From contig JADGIF010000553.1 of NCBI GenBank assembly GCA_018985225.1, positions 1 to 6,708 of the forward strand: DNA of 6,708 bases. Direction: 5' to 3'. Shown here piece after piece: positions 1 to 6,543 of the stretch. The position numbers were made by a program, and so were the translations under genes. The stretch's first letter is position 1. Each line of letters starts with the position of its first letter. The notes below the pieces were generated by a model. That model ran no database searches and was not told the DNA's origin. It saw only the letters and a list, made by a program, of their open reading frames with translations. The stretch comes from Amoeboradix gromovi X-113 (lineage: Eukaryota; Fungi; Sanchytriomycota).

Positions 1-1283
1 AGATTACAAAAATTGTTTACCAAAGACTATACTATCAATAAACATAAAAGCCAAGAGAATCAAAGATTCGGTATGAAATGAAGAAGACGAAGAAAAACAG
101 AAACAAAATAGTAAAAATGTCTTGAAAACTTTAATAGAATTAGAACAGAAAATACGGTTTTTACAGCATGGTTCCAGGAGTATTCTAAATTATTTAATGT
201 ACAGACTATTAAATTAAGTACTGGAAAACACCTTACTGATAACGTCTATGGTTATACAACAAGAGCCATGTCAAAAAGGTATAGAAAATATCTCACCAAG
301 ACAATTTAGAGATTCTGCTGTTTTTGAATGTAGACAAGATTTTCAAGTAAAAGAATTATGGTGTACTTGTTCAAAGAACAGAAAAAAGACTAAAAAACAA
401 GATTCAATATCTAGAAGCTTTAAGAGACAATATTTCGAGACCAAGACTTGGTACCAACATAGGCAAAAAAAGTACACTAGTCAACCAAAAAAATTAGGCT
501 TTCTTGTTTTTCCAGTTTTATTTCTACTCATATTAAATTTGAAGAGACTGCTAATTTAAAAAGGCCTAAAGGTCCAAAGTATATTTACTGTTCTGATGGC
601 TCTTGGATTTCATTAAGAAAAGATGAAGAAGAGTGTAAGTATACTCAAGAAAGAAACAAGCCAAAAGACAGAAAAAAAGGACTTGACAATTTAGAAAATT
701 ATCATCAATGGAAATGATTCTAAGACTTGAAAAATGAAGTCACTAGAGAAGATAAAATGACCAGACCAGCAACGAATTTTCCATTACCAAAGACAGATGT
801 TGGTATTGATTTCAAACGTAAAAGAAAAACTTGATTGAAAAGAGTAAAAAGAAAAGCCAAGAGAGATGATTAAAAAGACCACACTATTTGGGGAGACGGT
901 CAGTTTAATACAAATTTTCAACAAAACAATTGTAGCCCTTGTCAGGCAATAAGAAAGTTCTTTTTAAAAGCTTGCAAATCTTAAGTAACAGTTGAACTAA
1001 TCAATGAATATTATACTTCAAAGAGCTGCTGTGTTTGTGAGAATGAATTGATAAGAAACAGGACAGTGTCAGAAAAGTACTACAAGAAAATGGAACAGAG
1101 AAAGAGTGTCTTCTAAGATAACTCACCTTTTTCTTAGACGCTTCAAGACCTTCACTATTTGAAAGAGATTGTGAGTCATCTTGTTTTGTTTTGAAGAGAG
1201 GACTAAAGCTTTTTAAAGATTCTTGGTTTGAAAGAAAAAAACTTTTATTAAAAATACCATGTTCCTCTTATGAAGGACCTTAA
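1..1283 (+). pseudogene. Heavily degraded Fanzor1/TnpB-like RuvC nuclease remnant (C-terminal part; 5' part probably beyond the window edge)
   Basis: Manual translation of 883-1116 gives TIWGDGQFNTNFQQNNCSPCQAIRKFFLKACKS*VTVELINEYYTSKSCCVCENELIRNR... This contains the Fanzor-type GDGxF...P motif (889-900), RuvC-II (D/N)EYxTSK (Glu at 1006-1008) and a CxxC (1027-1038). A shifted frame gives FERDCESSCFVLKRGL (RuvC-III RD-like, Asp 1167-1169), ending at TAA 1281-1283. An upstream FSSFIST (about 508-528) resembles the FxxxIxTDG motif. There are many stops and frameshifts, and RuvC-I and the second CxxC are not recognisable. Assignment of 1-500 is weak. Confidence 0.75.
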
Positions 1284-1305
1284 AAAGAAGTTAGTTTAGT
1301 TTTTA

Positions 1306-1446
1306 TATTTGGTGTCCCATAGTGTCGCAAAAGAATTCAAAGTTGTCAAGGATTAATGGTAGAGTTACTGGCTTCCTATTACTTCGTAGTGCTTCTATAG
1401 CAGAACCATCTTGAAATAGTTTACGGCATCCTTTCGGACACAAATA
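1306..1446 (+). ncRNA. Candidate omega-RNA scaffold of the left Fanzor remnant
   Basis: Starts 23 nt after the remnant's stop. TATTTGGTGTCC (1306-1317) pairs with GGACACAAATA (1436-1446; 11 bp, one bulge). Nested inside, TCAAG (1346-1350) and ATGGT (1356-1360) pair with ACCAT-CTTGA (1405-1414). Small inner hairpins are also present. The position matches TnpB/Fanzor omega-RNAs. Confidence 0.4.
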
Positions 1447-1511
1447 AGAACTGTAATTTCAGACTACATCGTTAATTATTATGATATCTTAAGAAGTGTA
1501 TGATTAATCTA

Positions 1512-1517
1512 TTTATT
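1512..1517 (-). promoter_or_regulatory. Possible AATAAA polyadenylation signal overlapping the exportin stop codon
   Basis: The minus strand reads CTA TAA ATAAAT, so AATAAA shares a base with the stop codon. The AT-rich context makes chance occurrence possible. Confidence 0.35.
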
Positions 1518-4180
1518 TATAGCATTATACCGTGCTGCATAAGATTGACCTTGCATTCCTTCATATTTTGAGCCACCTTTTCTATGTTCGCCCAGCTGTA
1601 TGCAGATTCCATATCTTTTGGTATTTCTCTTATAAATCCCCATAACTCCGGTCCATAATACTGCATATACTCTTGGATGTTTTCTATATTTATTAGTAGT
1701 AGTATATTGTGTACGCAGCAGCTTATTCCAATGGTTTCTCCGTTCTCATCCTTCCCCATGTAGTCCACAATCATTAGCCATAACCATTTTTTTAGTATTT
1801 CTATGTCTTCTCTTAGTCCGTTTATTACCATACTGTTTTCTGTTCCAAATAAAGTCTCGTTTTGAGTGCACCTTCGTGTCCAATCTCTTATTACCTCAAT
1901 CGCACCGCTCTTCAAATCCTCATGCTCGTACTCCATGTTTATTGTGAGTATCAGCTTGCTGGAGTCGATGAACCCTTGGTTATACTCTATGTTAAATAAA
2001 TCACTCATTAGCCCTCTTTTAAACCACTTACTGAAAATGGTAAGGAACTTGGGATATTGGCAGATCTCTCTGTCTATATTCAATATCATTTGATATATAA
2101 CCTGTAATGAGCTCAAAAGAACTTGGTCTTTGTAGAATATCATAGCACTAAAAAACAAATGTTCAGTCAAGAATTGACTTTGAAATCTCAGCATATACTG
2201 CAAAGGCCTGACTATTACATGGCGCTTGTTAAAGTCGCCCATAACCCTCATCATTAGCAAACCTACGTCTCTATACAGCACGAATATTATTTTGTTTTGT
2301 TTAAAAGTACTCATCAAGTCATTCTCGTATAAGCAGTTACCTAACTTACATATCGCATATAAAAACACGTCTTCATTACTATATCCTTCATAGATATGGT
2401 TAAGAAACGGTAGAATATTAACCAACAAACAGTCGATAACACTGTTTAATCCCTGCTCGCTTCTAGAACCCATTAGCAACCCCATCATTGCGTATATAAG
2501 TCCTATAGCCTCATTTAAATAGAATACGTCTGTCATTAGTCCTGTCATTGAGAGAATAGTACTTGTCTCTGTAGTTGTTGTATTTGCTGTGTTTGTACTC
2601 AGAGTAGTGCAGGTGCTGCTAATCCAGTGCATTATATTATCATAAAGTACATTGGTTTTGTTAGTAAACGCTACTTGTCCAAGGAACTGGTAGTAGTTGA
2701 TTCTGTATTTTGGGAAAACATGCTCAAACAACAATGTGCGACTTGGCTGCAACTGCAACAAGAAGTTGGATTCACTTGCAAATCTAGTGCATGTTATGCT
2801 ATGAGAAAAGAAAGTGAATACGTCCATTATCAGTGTAACTATTGTGTAATTATTAAAATACTGCTGAAGAATGTCAAAACATTTCGTCAACAACAATTCA
2901 AAGAGCTGCAGCCTGGAAGTGCAGTTTATTTGTTTGAAGAACAGCTGATTAAAACAAAACGAGTCCCAGATATAGTTCTCTGTTATATTCTTTATAAAGA
3001 GTGTAAAATAGCTAATTGGGATATCTGCATCGACATTGGTGTTTAGATGAAGAGTATTCAGCTGCTTGTCAATTGTAATTAAACGATTAAACAGCTCAGC
3101 ATCGTACTGATCATTAGTTTCTACTTCATATATGTTAATTTTTTGTTTAAAGATGCAGCTACCAAGGCATAATAGAGGCAGTGACTGTAGAGATAGCAAA
3201 ATAGGTAGCATGGGCTGATATCTATCTCTAATCATCTTGCTCACATCGTCGTACATTGAAATCGCTTCTTCAAACGGGTACTCATAAATAGGGCAGTTTA
3301 TAAAGAATTCCAAAATCTTGTCAATGCTAACTAGGATAGCAGGTAATCTCAAATCGCATAAACAATGCTTGTAAATTAGAATCAGTTCTTTGATTGTGCT
3401 AGTGTTAATTGGAAGGGCCAGCAAAGATTGTAAAATAAACTGGATCTCAGGCAGATCTTCAAATTCCATACCCATGTGAAGGTCGAATATGGTGAGTATA
3501 ATTGAAAGTGCAGCAGATTGAGACACTTGTAATTTGGAAAACACCACTTTGATTAAATCCCTGCGATCTTGATAGGAAATGCAACTACGTCTCATCTTAA
3601 CAATCATTGCCAAACAGTTTAGGTTAAGTTCAGACTGATCATCAAGTAAGTAATTAACAAGATCTAACAGCGGTTTACGGTACTGCATATCAGGAATAAC
3701 AGAGTTATCATCCTCTATAGCTTCAAGAGATTTGGTGATTAACAAAATCGAATTTTGATCCAGGGCTTTATTCAATATTTGAGAGACAATTCTACGCTTA
3801 GTGTATAGTTTGACAGAGGCTATCTCATCTAGTATATACAGAAGAGTTTGTAAATCTATGTTTGATTGTTCTGGTAACAGTGGTTTATTAAATTGGAGGC
3901 AAATACTTGCATACGCAAAGCACATCATTTTATAGGATTGTAGATTGCCTACAGAATTATAAGGAGTAGGATCAGCAGCGTTCAAAGCTACTTGGAAGCG
4001 ACTGATGATGTTAAGGATCGGTTGGAAAAAGGATAGCTTTGGATGTTTTCTGAGGTAAGACCATATTAAAAACTTAGTATTAGGTTGACATTGGTCTATA
4101 ATATCAGGTGACAATGAAGAGATGAACTGCTTTTCAACCGATATATTGCCGTTAATTAACTCAGAAGCTAACTGATCCAT
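1517..4180 (-). CDS. Divergent importin-beta/karyopherin family HEAT-repeat protein, most like exportin-7/RanBP17 (887 aa)
   Basis: Uninterrupted 887-codon Leu/Ile-rich helical ORF from ATG to TAA. Several segments recall exportin-7 motifs in the expected order: KYRINYYQFLGQV (cf. R.RT.FY..L..L), IGLIYAMMGL (cf. IGL.RDLRG), FSAMIFYKDQVLLSSLQ (cf. FGVF.LYGD.AL..AL) and QYPKFLTIF (cf. YPKL...Y). The CDS itself is near certain; the subfamily call is less so. Confidence 0.72.
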   Translation of the reverse strand: MDQLASELINGNISVEKQFISSLSPDIIDQCQPNTKFLIWSYLRKHPKLSFFQPILNIISRFQVALNAADPTPYNSVGNLQSYKMMCFAYASICLQFNKPLLPEQSNIDLQTLLYILDEIASVKLYTKRRIVSQILNKALDQNSILLITKSLEAIEDDNSVIPDMQYRKPLLDLVNYLLDDQSELNLNCLAMIVKMRRSCISYQDRRDLIKVVFSKLQVSQSAALSIILTIFDLHMGMEFEDLPEIQFILQSLLALPINTSTIKELILIYKHCLCDLRLPAILVSIDKILEFFINCPIYEYPFEEAISMYDDVSKMIRDRYQPMLPILLSLQSLPLLCLGSCIFKQKINIYEVETNDQYDAELFNRLITIDKQLNTLHLNTNVDADIPISYFTLFIKNITENYIWDSFCFNQLFFKQINCTSRLQLFELLLTKCFDILQQYFNNYTIVTLIMDVFTFFSHSITCTRFASESNFLLQLQPSRTLLFEHVFPKYRINYYQFLGQVAFTNKTNVLYDNIMHWISSTCTTLSTNTANTTTTETSTILSMTGLMTDVFYLNEAIGLIYAMMGLLMGSRSEQGLNSVIDCLLVNILPFLNHIYEGYSNEDVFLYAICKLGNCLYENDLMSTFKQNKIIFVLYRDVGLLMMRVMGDFNKRHVIVRPLQYMLRFQSQFLTEHLFFSAMIFYKDQVLLSSLQVIYQMILNIDREICQYPKFLTIFSKWFKRGLMSDLFNIEYNQGFIDSSKLILTINMEYEHEDLKSGAIEVIRDWTRRCTQNETLFGTENSMVINGLREDIEILKKWLWLMIVDYMGKDENGETIGISCCVHNILLLINIENIQEYMQYYGPELWGFIREIPKDMESAYSWANIEKVAQNMKECKVNLMQHGIML

Positions 4181-4215
4181 TTAGGGAGGTTTGTAAAATA
4201 ATAAATTTCCAAATT

Positions 4216-4603
4216 TCATTTATTAAAAGTTAGAGACACACCATTCACACAATGGCGTTCATCAGTTGGAGTTTTAAAACCTTCACCTTTAAAGACATGG
4301 CCCAAATGTGAATCACACTTCATACATTTGATCTCCATTCGATTACCATCAGGAACTCGTGCAATCGATCCAGGAAGTCCTTCGTAAAAAGCCGGCCAGC
4401 CGCAACCTATGTTAGTGTGTAATACCAGAATCAAATTTGGTTGTGGATTTATAAAGGGGATTATTGCAAGCAGCGCAAGAATAAACGCCATTTTGATTGA
4501 ACTTATTCAATTTGCTGGACCCAGGAGCCTCTGTGTGGGCTTCTCGCAACACTTTGAATTGTTCCGGCGAAAGAATAGCTCTCCACTCTTTGTTAGATTT
4601 CAT
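4216..4603 (-). CDS. msrB: Peptide-methionine (R)-S-oxide reductase MsrB/SelR; join(4603..4426, 4406..4216), 122 aa
   Basis: Spliced product: MKSNKEWRAILSPEQFKVLREAHTEAPG...[31 protein letters not shown]...RMEIKCMKCDSHLGHVFKGEGFKTPTDERHCVNGVSLTFNK. It has two Zn-binding CxxC, [15 protein letters not shown] and the catalytic RHCVN. Exons of 178 and 191 nt total 123 codons including TGA. Confidence 0.96.
4219..4224 (-). promoter_or_regulatory. Possible AATAAA polyadenylation signal embedded in the last two msrB codons
   Basis: The CDS ends TTT AAT AAA TGA, and only 35 bp follow before the next ATG. Confidence 0.35.
4407..4425 (-). other. 19-nt spliceosomal intron in msrB
   Basis: Minus strand: GAT TCT G|GTATTACACACTAACATAG|GT TGC GGC TGG. 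It has GT and AG ends and an ACTAAC branch point next to the 3' TAG. Removal exactly restores the conserved DSGCGWP motif; retention causes a stop at 4412-4414. Confidence 0.92.
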
Positions 4604-4610
4604 TGAGACA

Positions 4611-4630
4611 CTAAAAAACTAACGTTTTAC
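4611..4630 (-). other. Possible second micro-intron (20 nt) giving an MGVS N-terminal extension of MsrB from the ATG at 4635
   Basis: ATG GG|GTAAAACGTTAGTTTTTTAG|T GTC TCA ATG AAA is in frame with msrB. There is no CTAAC, the intron is not needed for the protein, and it overlaps the putative element end. Confidence 0.3.
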
Positions 4631-4763
4631 CCCATTCGAGAATTGAAATGTCAAATGCTATGCACTCGAAGCTAAGCTTTCAAATCTCCAACAGTTGAGG
4701 CTTTGCATCCTCTGCAAATCTTGAATTTGCGAGTACCGACGTAGCACCACTGATTGAGTTCAA
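4627..4763 (-). ncRNA. Candidate omega-RNA scaffold / right end of the Fanzor1 element
   Basis: Immediately 3' of the Fanzor stop are three back-to-back hairpins, each one nt apart: GGUGCU/GGUACU (4748-4732), GCAAAU/AUUUGC (4730-4714) and GAGGAU-GCAA-AGCCUC with a GNRA loop (4712-4697). They are followed by a long stem, GAGAUUUGAAA (4688-4678) / UUUCAAUUCUC (4648-4638), with 10 of 11 positions paired. Boundaries are approximate. Confidence 0.62.
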
Positions 4764-6543
4764 CTACTGAGCTTTCCAAAGATAGTCCGGCCTAGCCAAC
4801 CCCTGAATGGCTCTGCTTGCTATCTTCCATATGTTACTTGCAGCGTTGACATCTCTGTTCCATAGCCTCGAGCAAGTCTGACACTTGACAAGACCATGAC
4901 GCAGGATACGCCCTTCTCTGTAAGGTCTAGGGTTGTCACACTCTCTGAATTTGGAACACACACCATGCTCACTACATGCACTACATCTACAACTCGTATG
5001 AAACTCATCTACTAAGTACACCTTGTATCCTGCTCTTCGGAAAAAGGTACCAAACCCTTTTCCCTTTACTGGCTCCTTGAATCTCCTGTGCTGCCTCTGC
5101 TCCCAGTCGCCAATGCAGATCACTGCTGCTTCTGGTGTACCAAACAGCTTCTCAAATCTCTTCAGCATCCTAGCTTCAGTGATCTGTCGTCTACTGTAGC
5201 TGCCAAGCTTCAACTTTCTGAACAAGTACTTGTTGTAGAAAGGAGCCAGGCGTTAATTCAAGGTGTTCTTCTGCTTGATGTACACCTTGAATGCCTCGAA
5301 GTCAAGTGTCTTCTTGTTGTAGGCACTCATGTCTGCTTCCCACTCTACCACTCTTCTGCCATCAATCACTGTGTCCCTCTTCTGTGACTGTAGTAGATTG
5401 CGGTAAGTATAGCGGAACTTGGTTTGATCACTGTTGACACAGAAGACAAGATCACTCATGTTCAGGTCGATGCCTACCACCTTCTCGTGCGTCAGCTGCT
5501 CACGCTCTTCTTCACTCAGTTCGTCGACATACTGCTCACCTTCTCCTTTCTTTGCTTTAGGTGTCTTGACAATCTTTCCCACCTTGTCTTTGCGGATCAA
5601 CACGATACTGCAGCTCACACCATCTGTCTCTATCTGATGATGAAAAGTGTAGCTGTGGTCATCAGCCACCCGATGGAAACACTTCATATCAGTCTTAAAG
5701 AAAAAGCCCCACACGTCGCTCTGTTGCCTTTTCAGTGCGTCCTTGACAGTGTAGTGTGTCCTCTTTCCATTCTCATCGGTGAAGAGAAGGTAGACTAAAG
5801 ATGTAGTGTCCAGGCGGAAGTGCTTCGGGATGATCTCGCTTCTCAGGGGGAACACAGTGTTGATGGTGCAGCCATGCGCTTCTACCGCTTTCATCATGTA
5901 CACCATGAAAGGCAGGTACTCTTTAGGGGTACACTGGATGTCATGGTAGACGCTGTTCTCCCGAAGGGCTCTTGAGGCGTTCAGTGTCGATCCAGGAATG
6001 GTACTCTGCCGCTGAAGTCCTAGGCTCACTGAGGCTCAGAAGATCATTCTTCACCTTGCGTAACTCACGGCAGAGACTGTTCATCTTTTGCTCTGCTGTG
6101 TCATTGCTAGCTTTGATAGCTGCGATATCCTCCTTCTTGAGGTGCACCACGTTGACAAATCTCTCCACGTACTCGCAGAAGTGCTGCTTGATGTTGTTCT
6201 CGTACATGGTTATCACATCTATTGCCATGTAGTCCAGGGCTGTGTTCAGGTTGCGGTAGTTCATGGTGTCCAACATCAGAGGCTCGTAATGCTCTTGATA
6301 GAAGGCTGTCAGCTCTTGGTTTCCTCCCAGTTGCAGCTGCTTCACAGAGGATCTTCATAACTGCATTGACAAAGGGTTTGTCGATGCTAGGCAGAGGATC
6401 TCCTCTATCGAAGCAGTGGATCAGGTAGAGCTTGAGGAACTGAAGGCTGTGCGTCATAATGCGGCTTCATTTCGCACCACGCTCTTGAGGCTCGTCTTGA
6501 TGCACTAGAAGAAAGGCTTTGCAGGATCGATATCATGTGTCAT
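4764..6543 (-). pseudogene. Fanzor1 (eukaryotic TnpB-family RNA-guided endonuclease), near full length but disrupted
   Basis: The fragments join in order: MTHDIDPAKPFF*CIKTSLKSVVRNE / RIMTHSLQFLKLYLIHCF...GRKP / ELTAFYQEHY...YENNIKQHF...VERFVN / NSVYHDIQCTP...HFRLDT...FHHQIETDGVSCSI...VVGIDLNMSDL (RuvC-I Asp 5468-5466)...KNTLN*RLAPFYNKYLFRKLKL...IGDWEQ...EPVKGKG...VYLVDEFHTSCRCSAC (RuvC-II Glu 5006-5004)...CQTC...WNRDVNAASNI (RuvC-III Asp 4853-4851). In-frame stops are at 6507-6505 and 5255-5253. Frameshifts are near 6468, 6318 and 5970. Confidence 0.92.

Noticed and set aside
248-559. 103-aa + strand ORF as a standalone gene
   Set aside because: It is Lys-rich with no recognisable domain and lies within the degraded Fanzor region; probably a chance or partial frame.
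1866-3046. + strand ORFs 1866-2093 and 2627-3046
   Set aside because: These are antisense shadows of the 887-aa exportin CDS, with no motifs.
4216-4606. ORFs 4216-4491 (with an apparent hydrophobic signal peptide), 4412-4603 and 4409-4606 as separate genes, or msrB as a frameshifted pseudogene
   Set aside because: The two minus-strand ORFs are msrB exons joined by a canonical 19-nt intron. The MAFILALLAII leader is an off-frame read of exon 1, and the + ORF is antisense.
4820-6428. Small ORFs overlapping the Fanzor (4820-5008 -, and the + strand ORFs from 5088 to 6428)
   Set aside because: These are alternative-frame or antisense shadows, favoured by the element's higher GC and codon bias.
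5960-6480. Fanzor frameshifts explained by micro-introns
   Set aside because: No GT...CTAAC..AG unit restores the frame at these points, and sequence appears to be missing rather than inserted.
5253-6507. In-frame TAA/TAG in the Fanzor as evidence of stop-to-Gln recoding
   Set aside because: The Gln-rich 887-aa host gene has no internal TAA/TAG and ends in TAA. Frameshifts would still break the Fanzor.
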